From NCBI GenBank assembly GCA_043228905.1, contig JBHGNT010000015.1, positions 16,802,001 to 16,866,000 of the forward strand: DNA of 64,000 bases, in the 5' to 3' direction. The notes beneath the pieces were generated by a model that made no database searches, was not told the origin of the DNA, and was given only the letters and a program-made list of their open reading frames with translations. The DNA comes from Azolla caroliniana. Lineage: Eukaryota > Plantae > Polypodiophyta. The first letter of the stretch is position 1, and every line of letters begins with the position of its first letter. Position numbers and translations under genes: made by a program. Shown here piece by piece: positions 1 through 13,038 of the stretch.

Positions 1-814
1 GGAAATCAATACTCCAGAGGCATGATATGTTTGGGAACATCTATAAATGTACGACCTCTTTTTAAATCTCTGGTTAAAGTTATGGACAAACTGTTGTAAC
101 CTCAGGGTCTGTTCTATTTTTCTAAACTTGAAACTGAGATTGGTTATATGCTATTAGAATCCAATAAAATTACACTATTACAATTTTATGAGGTTTTTGT
201 AATCACACTGAAAGGGTCAATGATCCTAACATCATGTAGGGTTCCGTTATATCAATCGACACATGACAATGCCAATATTTAATTCCTATTCAGTAGCTAA
301 TTCCTTCAAGTACATGACAATGTACTTAGGCTGACTGTAATCTTATAAGGAAAGGGTCCATGAGCCTAACATCATATAGAGTTCCATTATCCATATATTC
401 AGGGTCTTAAAACTTCGCAAGGTCATCATGGCTAGAGCCAATGTAATGTTTTCAGCTTAATGATTTCATCATGTATGCAGAAGTTCTACTAATGAAGAAT
501 AATTTTTTTGGAGAAAAAAACAACTTGGCAAGGTCTTTTTGGGAGCAGATGTGAAGTATGTATGACCATTTTTTATCATATAATTATTACCATACACATT
601 ATGTATTGCAACTAAAGAACATGTAATGTGGCCCTCACTGAATCAACACTATGAATGGTGTCATGTAGCCTCATGAGAAAGCTCATTGCAAACCATTGGT
701 CTAGGCGAATAATTTGATTTCCTGACATATGGTCAGTACAGAATGCAATACAATGTGATGGTTTTTATGGCTATGTTCAGTGGATAGGATAGCATATTTT
801 TAGAGGGATCTAGT

Positions 815-1106
815 CTGTAGGGCTTGGAATCTTACCCAATTAAGGTAAATAACCCTTGGAACATATGCATACTGCTAATGATCCTTGAATTTTACAGTCA
901 ATAATCATGTGTTGTAGGGATTGGAATCTTACCCAATTAAGGTAAATAACCCTTGGAACATATGCTTACTACTAATGATCCTTGAATTTGACAGTCAATA
1001 ATCATGTGTTGTAGCGCATGCAATCTTACCCAATTAAAGTCAATAACCCTTGGAACATATGCATACTACTAATGATCGTTGAATTTGACAAACAATAATC
1101 TTGTGT
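815..1106. repeat. 97-bp tandem repeat, 3 copies
   Basis: CTTACCCAATTAA recurs at 831, 928 and 1025 (period 97) with near-identical intervening sequence. Confidence 0.9.
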
Positions 1107-2729
1107 CCCGTACTAAAAACTCATCCCTCCATTCAGCATATTGCTCTATACATCGTGAATCTAACAATAATGCTTACTAATGTCATTGCATCAAACGTTC
1201 TATCGCGATTGAGAAAAGGTGTGGGTTTTGTATACAAGGAAGCTAATCCCACCATGTCTATTACAATGCTATTGTAGGAAGAAAATGTTTATATCATAAT
1301 ATGAGTAGCAAGAACACCAATTGATGAGAAGGAAATACATAAAATTTCATATTGCATGTATGGAACAGTCAGGACTAGTAATCTTTTCAATCCAATCTTT
1401 ACAAATTTATTTGTTTTGAACATCTATACACAAACTGGAGCTACATAAATTTAAGCCCTATTGTTCATGGAACCCCACATTCTTAAATATGCCAGATCTC
1501 CTTTGCATACTATTGTATGATCCGACTGCTACTGAACTTTCTTGAAACTGGAGTAACTCAAGATGGACATTACATCGGTCAACTATAGCCAGCATCTTAT
1601 CATTTACCGATACTCCAATAATGGATGCTTTTAACACAGTTTGTTTGAACTTTTATCTGGAGATGAAGAATTAAGAGTTTTCACTACTTTTAGATATACG
1701 AAAAGAAGTGTTAGCTGAAATTTGTTTTATCCACTGTCTAGCAAATTAATGTCGATGGAACAAAATGCACTCAAATTTTGTTATTTCCCTAGTGTGCTGA
1801 TTCACCACCACTGGATGAGATTTGGGGAGGTCAAGAAAACAAACTCTGAAGACTGAGATCAATATGGTGGTGGGCAAAGTGATAAGAACAATTCATAACA
1901 ATTTGTTCGCATGTTGTGTGCCATTATCAAAGGGATTATCACAATTTCTTGCAATATAGATGAGGACATTGCGATTGATGTTCAATGAATTTGGCACTCT
2001 AGCTCTTCCAATTGCTGAACAAAAAATGGATATTTCTATTGATGTTAGGATGAATTGCACTCTATCTCTTCCAATTGCTGAACAAAAAAGGGACATTGCT
2101 ATTGATGCTCGATGAATTCGGCAGTTCTCAAAAATGGTAGGAACCCATGAGCAAATAGACACTCCCATAGAAATGCTCCGAAAGAGGACAGAAATTTTAG
2201 GGAAACACACACAAATACCACAACTTCAATGATAGGATTCAAGTGGGAGCCAAGTGAGGTCCAGAATCAACTTTAAATGGAGGGAGCAAGAAAGGGGAGT
2301 TGTAAGAATGGCCCATGTAGAAGATGTGTAACCATCATATATTGGCGATTTCGATTCTCTAATGCCGGTATGTTCACAACTGCTGGAAATAAAAGACAAT
2401 TGTGCCGATCAAAAGACATGGTCACTACTGCCCTAAAGCAAAGTCTTAGTGCCCTTAAACCAAAGGTTAATGCTACACATCTCTAGTGCTGTAGACTTTG
2501 AGATCGGGTAGAAGACATTTTAGTGCCGATATTTCGATATCAGGTAAGGTCATTACAAGTAAGATTTAGAGGGGTCGAAAATCAAGAGACACCAAGGAAG
2601 ATGACCAAAGAAGAGTTCATTATTTTATGGACACTTACATAATAACACTCATAACATGTGTGTGTTGTGTTCCATGGATCAAAATGACCCATCAAAACTA
2701 TCATCTCGAACCACGGTATGGAACAGAAC

Positions 2730-2762
<33 letters not shown>

Positions 2763-3045
2763 ACTTGTCGTTGCGTAGTGACCGAAGAACCCCCCGTACA
2801 CATTTAAGAGGTACCAAAACAAAACTATTCCTTGGGTCGGGGCTATTCTTGTAATTCTTAGTGAACTTTGTTTGGAAGGGGGGGGGGGGGGCAGGCATTC
2901 TTTGGTCTAAGAATGAATGCTCCAGAAATAGCTTGTGCTAGTTTTGGTGTTGAATGAATGCTCACATAATGCTCTCTCTCTCTCTCTCTCTTAGTTAGGA
3001 TGTAAAAATGAAAGACAATTTTACATAACTAGGATCAACAAGTGA

Positions 3046-3519
3046 TCATGAAGGAGGAGGGGCGGTGGCGGTTATGTCGGTTGTGTTGTAATTGACGGAC
3101 CCGGCACACATTTGTGGGGCATCGAGGGCGGCATGGAAATCGGCACGGGGTGCACGGTAGCTCAGCACCCCCATCACTGAGACGAAGCACGAGGGCTTCA
3201 TCCCAACCACCGCCTCACAACATGCCTCCTTTGTCATCGACCACGGGTTCCGGTGCCTTCGTTGGCCGCCATTTCTAGTCATGTTCTTATTATATCCGAA
3301 TGTTGGCAAGCATCCGAGGAACGATATCATCCCGTTCAAGCACGCCTCTACCTCAGTCTTCTTGATCGGTCGGTTGTCCCTTCGGCCATTGATGAGTCTA
3401 GTAGTATTAGTACCATGGGCCAATGCAGTCCCTCCCGGTGATAGTTGCAAATGGAGCACTAGGGCTAATATCAATGTAGCTATCCTCATGTAAAATGATA
3501 GTACCTTGGTAAACTCCAT
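3046..3519 (-). CDS. Secreted Cys-rich prolamin-like (EC1/ECA1-like) protein, intronless
   Basis: From Met at 3519 there is a hydrophobic signal peptide (MRIATLILALVLHLQL), then a six-Cys pattern C-x9-C...CC-x9-C...C (CLNGMISFLGC...CCEAVVGMKPSCFVSVMGVL...MC) typical of the prolamin-like/EC1 domain. An upstream in-frame ATG at 3633 is also possible. Confidence 0.75.
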   Translation of the reverse strand: MEFTKVLSFYMRIATLILALVLHLQLSPGGTALAHGTNTTRLINGRRDNRPIKKTEVEACLNGMISFLGCLPTFGYNKNMTRNGGQRRHRNPWSMTKEACCEAVVGMKPSCFVSVMGVLSYRAPRADFHAALDAPQMCAGSVNYNTTDITATAPPPS

Positions 3520-3811
3520 GATGATGAAAAGCGAAATAAGATTTAAGCCTCCCAAATTTCTTGGATTAGCCTTGTTACTACTACTAATCAACTCTTGGAA
3601 GATTAGCTCTTGAGGTGGGTGTCTTTTGCTCATTTAGATTAATAAGGGGGGATTTTAATGTGTGTGACTTTGTAAAATGAGAGATTCATGGGAGATGGTG
3701 AGCTCACCTACTTCACATCCCATGCATCATGGCCATCACTCAAATCATTCACAACCCCACCTTCCATGGCACTTATCACAAGTCAATCATGCATGATTCA
3801 TGGCCATTGTC

Positions 3812-3844
<33 letters not shown>

Positions 3845-4509
3845 CACTTTATACTTGTAGTCGTAAAAGAAGCTATTCTAAGTTTCTTGGCCATCTCCAT
3901 GCCAAATACACATGCATGTCCGTGCCCAACAAGGGGGGACCGTTAGTGTGAACATGGACTCCCAACTAAGCCGCCTCTATGGCTTCTTTTATGGAAGTGT
4001 TAAAGAGGCACAATCACAAGGGCGGGCGAAGATGAGCAATGCCAATTGTCGAGCAAGTAAATGAGGTACTACTACTCACGGAGAATATTCCAAGTTGTGC
4101 CAATGAAGTAAGCAAGGCACATACATTATATTTTATGTTATTGAATAACAAACTATAAATACAACTTATAAGTTCGCAACCAACATGGTTAGGGTCTCAA
4201 TTTCTTTTCTTTTCACCATAACACGTTTCGTACAAATATTAGAACTCTTTTAGCTTAAGTTCTATTTTTATTTTTATTTGTATTTCGATGATTGGGTAGA
4301 CACCCTATTTTATTGTACACCAATTGTCTCATTGGCCAAAATTTAGCCTTAGAAGACATAAATATATCTTTCTTTCTATCTATCTATCTTTCTTTCTTAG
4401 CAAAGTTGCTTCATGCAATAAAAACATTCTCTACGTTTTCCCGAGTGTCACATGTGCCCTTTATTTATTTTGTATTACAATTCTCAAGTTCAAATGCTTT
4501 TTATTTTAC

Positions 4510-7500
4510 ATTTTGGTGTAAAAGGTGCCCTTCATTTCCCCCTGCTTATATTACAAATACCCTTCATTTGACAACGGTAACAAAGATAAAAGTTATACAA
4601 ACATGAATCATATGAAATCATTTACCTAATGAGATGGCAAAGTTTCTCTTCTTCTTTTTCAAATGCTCTAAACAAAACAATCTTGTTTTTTTTACTATCA
4701 ACTTACTCTATCATTAGATATTAACCATATTCTACCAATTGGAGGATAGATTCAGTGCATCCATGTGGAAGGCATGGTGTGACATTCGTCGAGGGCTCAA
4801 GTGTGATCAACCGAGATCCGAACCTGCCTGGTTCAATCAACATATCCTATGGAACCCATGTATCAAGGATGAATCTAATCAACTACTGGGATCACGTAAG
4901 GGGTTGTCATGGGGATACATTGCAAAAGGTCTAGGAAAAAGTATAGAATGTTGGCAACGGTTTATGTCACTACCACTACAAGATCATGCAAACATACTCC
5001 ATGGAATTAGGGACGGATGGACTATGAGATCGGAAATCATTAACACTCTACTGATTAGGGAATCTGCTACTCAAAGGACGACAATGGTGAAATGGATAGG
5101 CCACGAGGAGGAGGGATCTCTGATCCAGAGAGGCAGGGGACCACCAGATAGACTCGAAGGCTCTGAATTGTGAGACCACCAACACAGAATAAGGCAATTC
5201 GAGTACTCACGTATACTGGTCATAAATGGATTGTAGATCCTGATCCGATCAAAGTACAACCCGATTGGCACATATGTATTCATGAAAACACGTGGCTAAG
5301 TTAGGTCAGTTGGGACCCTTTGCAATGGACATGGCGTGATCCCTATGCAGGGCAAGGAAGCAAACCCATCCCTTTCTTCCAATTCACAACTAGATTGGGT
5401 CGCCACATTCTAGCCGCTCAAACTGCCTGAGAGCCGGTTGCTGCAAAGGTCTGGCACACATTTCAAGTTCCTCCCACAATAATCACCAAGTTTTGGTAGA
5501 AAGTCTGGAAACAACAACATGCGAGGCGAATTACCACGTTCCAATGGCTATTAATACATAAGTCCCTACCGGTGGGAGCATGGCAATGTGGGAACCTTAG
5601 CTCTCCTAATTGTGTAAAGTGCCCACACGCAATAGAATCAATACAACACACTCTATGGGACTGCCCAACGTCCCATCGAATATTGTGGGGGGTTGGCCGC
5701 TTGTTGCAATTATGCCAGGTGCAAGGCTCAATCAAGTGGGGAAATATATGTTGGCTATCATGGCAGGCCGCAATTGGCAGATACGAGCATCAGGAAGAGG
5801 GGATGACTTTGGTGATAAAAGCACAAGAGGTCTTTTTCTCCTCTAGTAGCAATGTCCACTCCACTCCTCTTAATGAGAAATCTCAAGAGGTGTTGGAATT
5901 GGTCAGCCCAATAACTCTTTGGATTCTATGAAAACAACGATGTATGCGAGTCTTCTCCAACCAAACCGCACATCCAACAAGGTTATTGAAAGAGATATGG
6001 AGTGAAATTGTAGCCACTCTAAAGAGCCAATATGATGGCATTAAGGGCGGCTCCGAGGGAGTTGGAAGACAATGAATAGCCTTCATCCAACAATGATCGT
6101 CCGCTCCCTTTCTTGAGTCAATGGGCATCTGCATAAGATGGAACTAACACGTCCCTTCAGGGATTTGTACATAATCGTCTCATTTGTAAAATTTTATAAC
6201 TAATGGAAGGAGTTTTTTTTTGGAAAAAAGAAAAAGATATCAACATATAGTCTTTCTTTTCGTTTGATAATGGAAGTCCCAATGTAAGGCCTTGGGTTCA
6301 AGAGTCGACAAAAACATGTACACGATGATTATCATTATGTTTTGGTGTAAAAGGTGCCCTTCATTTTCCCCTGCTTATATTACAAATACCCTTCATTTGA
6401 CAATGGTACCAAAGATAAAAGTTATACAAACATAAACCATATGAAATCATTTACCTAATGACATGGCAAAGTTTCTCTTCTTCTTTTTCAAATGCTCTAA
6501 ACAAAACAATATTTTTTCTTGTTTAATATCAACTTACTCTATCATTAGATATTAACAAATAGTTTTTCTTTTCGTTTGATAATGGACGTCCCAATGTAAG
6601 GCCTTGGGTTCAAGAGTCGACAAAAACATGTACACTATGATTATCATATAATTAATTTACTCTATTGATAGCTTATTAGACTACCAACTAAGGTCATGTA
6701 TAACCCTTAACATGACATTGACACTACTCCCACCCCCCCAATATATGGTCATGTATAACCCTTAACATGACATTGACCCTACAACTTCTTACATATACAA
6801 TTGTTATGTTTTGTCTAATAGGCCATTATTCTTCCCTGGAGTACCCTGATCTTCTTCCTCAATCCGAAAGGCTCTTGGAAGACTACATCGATGCCATGTA
6901 AATGTGCCTCCATCTATAATCTTTCTTCCAAAACCACTGTTGCTCTCGCCGGCACAACTCATGCACTATACATGACCGAGATTTGATACCCTTTGAATCT
7001 CAACCACACTTGAACAACGAGAGTGGGTCAAGTAAATCTGGAGTGACACGTGTAATAGATTTGTTGGTCAATTTATACATAACTATTGACGGATTACAAT
7101 TATGTACATGAATAACTCACCTTTTGGAGGAACATCTTCCTTTGATGGGGCCTAATCAGGTATGGTGTCCAACCAAAAGCCTTTAATTGTCATTGTTGTC
7201 TCCATGCAAATACCAGTTCTTTCTACCCCTTCTAACAAAAACTCTAAAACCAAAACCAATTTTTTAACACACATGCATCATTGTTGTTCAAAAACAAGTA
7301 CCCTGGTATACTTTGTTCAAATATGAGGAAGTGGCATACCTCCCTTCACTTTGATATGCATTACCCCACTCGGCATCAAACATTTTGAGGTCTTTGGACC
7401 TGGCATCCATTTTTACAAAAGCAATATGTAAACAAATAACATTCCAACCATCTATACAATGTTCTGCACAATGCTCTTGAAGATTTGAATTGAAAAGTCA

Positions 7501-8565
7501 CTCTCCCACATTTGTGATCATTTACATTTTTATCAGATTTTGTAAAGTTATGTAACCATCTATTTTAACTTCCAATTGAACATTTTTACAGCAAACTCTA
7601 CCCATTTTAACATTTTTTAGAATCGGAATCACCAAAACCCTAATATTTCAAACCACTTGGTCAAATAGCAAAAAAAAAGCCGCAATAAAATACATGAATA
7701 ATTTGCAGGTGGCGATGTTGATCATAATGCAAGTGCAACTGGTTTTTTGGTGCACATTGATGGTTGTCAAGAATCCCTCCTAAAACCACAATCTTTGATT
7801 TGAAAAACGTCGAAAAATCGACAAACATGCAGTTTTATACCCTAAACACTTAAAAGTTGGGCACTCCAATAATTATAAGTAGGGCGTCTTCTATGGAGCA
7901 CGACATCTTAAGGGTGTATTCTGGGGAGCATTGTGTCTAAAGGGTGTAAGTAGGGCGTCTTCCTTGGAGCAAGGTGTGAGTAGGGTGTCTTCTGCTCTGT
8001 CTGGAGGGTGTGATTAGGTCATCTATCTAGTATGAGTAGGGAGCTTGAAGAGTGTGAGTAGGGCATCTTCTTGGGTGTTTGCATGGATGTTCCGTCCAAT
8101 GAATTTCTTGATGGATTTATATATGGATGTTCCATTCAATGAATTTCTGGATGGATGTACGCATGGAGGTTCCATCCAATGAATTTCTGGATGGATGTAG
8201 GAGTATTTGGATGGATCGAAACATAGATTTAGCCTAATGAGAAGGCAAAGTTTCTCTTCTTCTTTTTCAAATTCACTAAACAAAACAAATTTTTTTCCTG
8301 ATGTAGATATCAACTTATTCTACCATTAGATATTTAACAAATAGTCTTTCTTTTCATTTGATAATGCACTTCCCAACATAAGGCCTTGGGTTCAAGAGTC
8401 CACAAAAACATATACAATATGATTATCATATAATTAATTTACTTTAATGATAGCTTATTAGATTACCAACTAAGGTCATGTGTAACCCTAAACATGACAT
8501 TGACTCTACCCCCACCCATGCTCCAATGGTTTTCCTTACACCTTATATGTATAATTGTTATGTTG
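4510..8565 (+). repeat. Local direct-repeat family (~310-340 bp): copy 1 at 4510-4725 plus 6245-6340 (split by a LINE), copy 2 at 6340-6810, copy 3 at ~8230-8565
   Basis: Shared text such as ggcaaagtttctcttcttctttttcaaat, tcaactta(c/t)tcta(t/c)cattagatat and aaggccttgggttcaagagtc appears in all three copies. Confidence 0.85.
4726..6234 (+). mobile_element. 5'-truncated, degenerate L1-type LINE (zf-RVT region and 3' end)
   Basis: Translation includes TTFQWLLIHKSLPVGAW...CVKCPHAIESIQHTLWDCP (zf-RVT), with stops and frameshifts. A-rich tail at 6224-6235. Probable TSD agatattaac (4716-4725) / agatatcaac (6235-6244). Confidence 0.85.
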
Positions 8566-9329
8566 GGACGAACTATAAAGAAACATGGTCCTTACTCATA
8601 GATACAATCGATTGGCAACATGTGCCCACATAATTTACACCTTGTTTTGTAGAATAGGAGTTTCATCAACAATTTCTCATGGAACAAAAGTTGAGATACA
8701 ATGAAAACCAACCTACTTATTGCTAATTGGATAGGTTTGCATTGGCCAAGGTTTTGTTGATCGATCGTAATTCTATTCAAGACCATGTAACACACTCATT
8801 TAAGAACATTTGGTTGGCCAACATTTTCTACACGATTCCCACATAAGATGCAAAATTATAACAAATAATATTCGTTTTCTGTGGGAGGTAAAGATTGCGC
8901 AACATAAAGCTGAGTTTTCCATGCTAGAGTAAACTTATGTGAGGGATTGTTATAATAGTGACACGAAAAGCATGGGGCACAAAGCAATAGTTTTTCGGCC
9001 ATTGAAAATTCATTAGAAACATGGCTAGAAGCCTCGGAAATCTTACAAAAGGATCGTCTAATAATAATAATAATAACGCACACATATCTTACTAGTAAAA
9101 TCTCCATATAGAAATTTGTCTATTGCCAATATTTTTCGCTAACTTGTCCTATTGGATATAAGCATATAATTAAACCGCGGCATAACCTATTGATTGATCA
9201 TGCACATCTACATAGTAAAGGGATGGACGTGGGTGTGTCGCGCGTGCCCGTGCCCCTCATGAGACAATGCTTGATGCTCCCGTGGGGGCGAGCCGAGTGT
9301 GAACGCGGACAAAACAAATACAGATCACA

Positions 9330-9338
9330 ACACACACA

Positions 9339-9397
<59 letters not shown>

Positions 9398-9399
9398 AT

Positions 9400-9445
<46 letters not shown>

Positions 9446-9508
9446 GTATGTATGTATGTATGTATGTATATGTAGATAGATAGATAGATAGATAGATAGA
9501 TGATAGAT
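9330..9508. repeat. Compound microsatellite (TATATG)n-(TA)n-(CATATA)n-(TATG)n-(TAGA)n
   Basis: Read directly from the sequence. Confidence 0.95.
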
Positions 9509-9802
9509 ATAGTAGTGGGAAGAAGCAAGATATATGGGGGGGAGTGAGAGATTGGAAATGGGAGTTTGAGAATCCAATCAAAATTTGCTTCAAAAACTTA
9601 ATGCCACAATTGTCACTAATTCCTTCCCTACTAATGGATTTGCTATACATACATACCTAACCCTAAAGATGCTGCAGAGGAAGAAGAAAGAAGAAGAAAG
9701 AAGGAAGAAGAAGGAAGAAGAAGATGCAGTGAAAATGTATCCAATTTAGGCTGTAGATTATGTTTGTTTTGTGGTTTTTTTACTGAATCTCTGATTTTCG
9801 TA

Positions 9803-10540
9803 TCATGGATAGCTCTGGCCGCCCCAAGGACCTGAACCTGAACCTTGATCTGGACGTTGATCTGAGCTGGAGGAGCCCAATGCAGCAGAGTATGGTGATG
9901 AAGAAGAGTATGGTGCTCCTGCTGGTGCTGGTGGCCCCGCCTGAAACGTGGGACTGCCTCCTGCTGGAGCAGCAGCAGCAGCAGCAAGAGGAGGAGGAGG
10001 AGGTGCCTGCTGCACATTCACATTGGCTGCTGCTGCTGTTGGTGGTAGATTATTAATAGTAGTGAGACGTGGAAGGGACCGCGGAACAATAGGTGGAAGG
10101 GGCGGGGCCTGCGCAGGTGTTAAGAATGGCCCCTGCACAGCTTGGGATGGGTAGGCAGGAGTAGTAGGAGGAGTAGTAGGAGTAGTAGTAGGGGTGGGTA
10201 TGAGTATGGGTATGGGTGTGGGTGTGGTTAAGACAGGAGTAGGAGGAGTTCCTGTAGGGCTTGTGAAGATTTGGCCCTGCATTGCTTGGGATGGAATATT
10301 ATTACTATAAGGAGGCCTCTGCCCCGCGGGAGGGCATAATGGCGGTGCCCCCGGAAGGACAGCAGCTCCTCCTCCTCCTCCATAGCCGCCGCCGCCGCCG
10401 CCGCCATGACCCGCAAACCCTAACTCTCCCAAGGCCCGGGAAGCCACAACCGCGTAATGCGGCGATGCAGATTGCCCCAGGAGGAGGAGGAGGAGGAGGA
10501 AGGAGAGGAGCATCATGATGCCCTTAATAAGAGCCATCAT
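9803..10540 (-). CDS. Secreted Gly/Pro-rich protein, paralog A (intronless)
   Basis: 245-aa ORF with signal peptide, Gly tract and Pro/Thr-rich body. A paralog at 13489-14022 conserves the N-terminal and C-terminal motifs. TATAAAA upstream (minus strand, 10712-10718). Confidence 0.8.
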   Translation of the reverse strand: MMALIKGIMMLLSFLLLLLLLGQSASPHYAVVASRALGELGFAGHGGGGGGGYGGGGGAAVLPGAPPLCPPAGQRPPYSNNIPSQAMQGQIFTSPTGTPPTPVLTTPTPIPILIPTPTTTPTTPPTTPAYPSQAVQGPFLTPAQAPPLPPIVPRSLPRLTTINNLPPTAAAANVNVQQAPPPPPLAAAAAAPAGGSPTFQAGPPAPAGAPYSSSSPYSAALGSSSSDQRPDQGSGSGPWGGQSYP

Positions 10541-10711
10541 GATGGGATTGGATTGGATTGGATTGGATTGGATTTGGAGATTGGATTGGATTGGATTTGG
10601 AGATTGGATTGGATTGTATGGTATGGTGTTGTATTGTATTTGGATCAGATTAGTGAAGAAAGAATGACAGTTTTTGAGATTTTTGAGAGGAAGACATGTA
10701 TTGGGAGTGCC

Positions 10712-10718
10712 TTTTATA
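10712..10718 (-). promoter_or_regulatory. TATA box of Gly/Pro-rich gene A
   Basis: TATAAAA on the minus strand in the context gagaacactataaaag, conserved upstream of paralog B. Confidence 0.6.
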
Positions 10719-11192
10719 GTGTTCTCAAGTCAATCCCACAGAACAGAGTCTTCTTCTTTTTCTTCTTCTTCTTCTTTAGCTTTTTTTTAGGATCCCTTGT
10801 CAACCTCTGCTTTTTGCTTTCCTAGCTTTCTCTCCTTTTGCTTTTTCGCCTTTTTTGCTTTTCCCATCCTCTCCCTGCCTCTATTTTTAGTTAACATTCA
10901 CATTAAGTGCTTCACACATATCCTCTCTAAGTCTACCTTTGAGGATGAAAGAAAGATCCTCATGAAAAGTAGTGGGGGTGAAAAGCAAAAAGCTTGAGTT
11001 GGCCTCTTTAAACCACACGCACAGTAAAAGAAAAAAAGAAGCAATTCACATTACCACATTTCATGTTAAGTTTCGTATCACATAACTGAAAGAACCGATG
11101 CTTGATTGATTTGTGTGATTGTGTTAAGGCCTATATATGTATCTATTGGGAGAAACCTCACGATTGTTGTAAAATTATCTCTTCCCATGTAA

Positions 11193-13038
11193 GACATGTT
11201 TTATCTCAAAACAAATTTGAATTTGTATGTTTCCATTTTACTGATCAATGGTTTAGTTTCCATTGTTTCCAATCATGAAAAGAAACATGAAATGGTGTAC
11301 TTTCATATGAAATTAAGATATTAAATAGTTATGACTGGACACTCTTTAGAAGTTGAATCTGTTGTTGTTCACTCATTCTCTGTAGGAAATTAGACTGAGT
11401 AAAGAAATTAGAATTAGAAGGTCTTGGCAGAAATGGGGATCTGCAGATCTTGATATCTGCAGAATACATATTAAGCTGATTAAACTTTAAAAAAAACGCA
11501 AAAGTTACAAACGGAAGACAAACTTTTTGGGACAATTATAATACAAAACTTTGAAGATAAACAGAGTTGAGGGTTTCCACTTTTGGAGAGCTGTAAATCC
11601 TGGATCGTCATGCTATAGGGTAAAATAGTTTTATATGAGAATGTAAATCTGTGTATTTACCTTCTTGAATGTAATTGATGATATTATTTCCTTATTTGTA
11701 TGAGTCGTTTCTAGATATAAAAGTATGCGTGCTTCGTTGCCCTAAACACTCCCGGACCGTCTACCCTCATCCTTTCTGATAGATTTTAAGGTGAGACATT
11801 TGCATGTAACTTAGGAGTTTTGTTCCAATTAACATTAGACATAAAAATTCAGAGTCAAGATCCTAGCATCTAGATTTTAGCTGAACAATTGTCCCTCCAC
11901 TGAATGTGATTCCTTAACTGTATAAATCTGCGTATGAGAATCCCTGCTCCTTCATCTGTGGATTATTGTTTTCTTTAAGAAGGCTGACTTTCAGTATTTC
12001 AGCAATGGCAGACATTGCCAAGAAACACTTAATACAGGTATACAATCTTTGCAACACATGCTTTGAGGCTTTCTACTTCTGCGCCTCCCATGGCGGAGAA
12101 GGATTCCAATCCAGATTCTACTGCAGAAGAAACATCTGAAGAGGCATGAACAATCTGGAAGCGTGCAGGATCAAACAACAGGAGAGCCTGAATCTTCTGG
12201 GAAGAGTGGAAAAGAGCAATCTGAAATGCCTGAAGAAGGTAACGAAGCCATTCTTAATGCCATATCAACTGTGGAAGCATTGATGGCAGAGAAGTCACAT
12301 ATTTGGTTTTTTTAACTCCAAATTTTCAAGAAGTTTGGGATTTGTGAAAAACCAAATTTGCAGAGAAGCATTGGTTTCTTGAAATCACATATCTTAATGG
12401 CTTTTCACTTGTAGATTTTTAAGAAATTTGGAGTTAAAAAAACCAAAACTGTAAATGGTCTTCTCCGTATAGGTTTTCAAGAGTTTAAAATTGAGAAACC
12501 TACTAGTGTTACTGTGTTCTATTTATAGGTTCTCAACAAGTTTGGAATTGAATCCAACAAGTTTTAAATGGTTTTCAATTTTAAGTGTTCAAGTCTTTAA
12601 GAATTCAAAAATCACAAGTTTCTCGTTGTTTTCTTCTTGTAGGTTTCAAGAAGTTTGGAATTGCAAAATCGTAAACTTTAAATGGTTTTGCAGTAGAAAT
12701 TTTGAAAATCAGAAATTGTAGTTGTAGGTTTCCAAGAAGTTTGGAATTGAAACAAGCACAAGCCTTGAATGGTTATTCAAGAAGTGAAGCAATTACAAGT
12801 TTTAAGTGGTCTTCTACTTCCAAGTATATATGTAGGTTTTTCAAGAAGTGAAGCAATTACAAGTTTTAAGTGGTCTTCAACTTCCAGGTTTTCAAGAAGT
12901 TTGGAGTCAGAGAAATTTGAACCTACTGGTCAGCAATTCGACCCAAACTCTCATCTTGCTTTATTTGAAGTGCCTGACCCAACTAAAGAAGCTGGCACTA
13001 TTGCTGTTATGGTCAAGGTAGATCTGTTTTTATGCATA
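11193..13038 (+). pseudogene. Inverted partial duplicate of the GrpE gene (reverse complement of ~49725-51981) with an internal deletion and frameshifts
   Basis: Intron and exon sequence match the GrpE locus (e.g. ...EKDSNPDSTAEETSEE..., EKFEPTGQQFDPNSHLALFEVPDPTKEAGT). The first and last exons and the region ~50420-50850 are missing. Indels at ~12143 and ~12910. Confidence 0.9.

Noticed and set aside
1-2870. Possible Helitron or DNA-transposon remnant
   Set aside because: It looks like decayed TE sequence, but I found no diagnostic motif, convincing hairpin-CTRR end or TIR pair.
6430-8565. Possible LTR pair (TRIM/LARD) formed by the direct repeats
   Set aside because: No TG...CA termini, PBS, PPT or TSD were seen, and a third copy lies in tandem.
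9190-9650. ORFs with ICIC/YMYM/YTYT runs
   Set aside because: These are translations of the compound microsatellite.
9643-10825. Overlapping alternative-frame and antisense ORFs over Gly/Pro gene A (likewise over gene B and the PPR gene)
   Set aside because: Shadow ORFs from stop-poor triplet-repeat or coding sequence; only one frame has a signal peptide or domain pattern conserved in a paralog or family.
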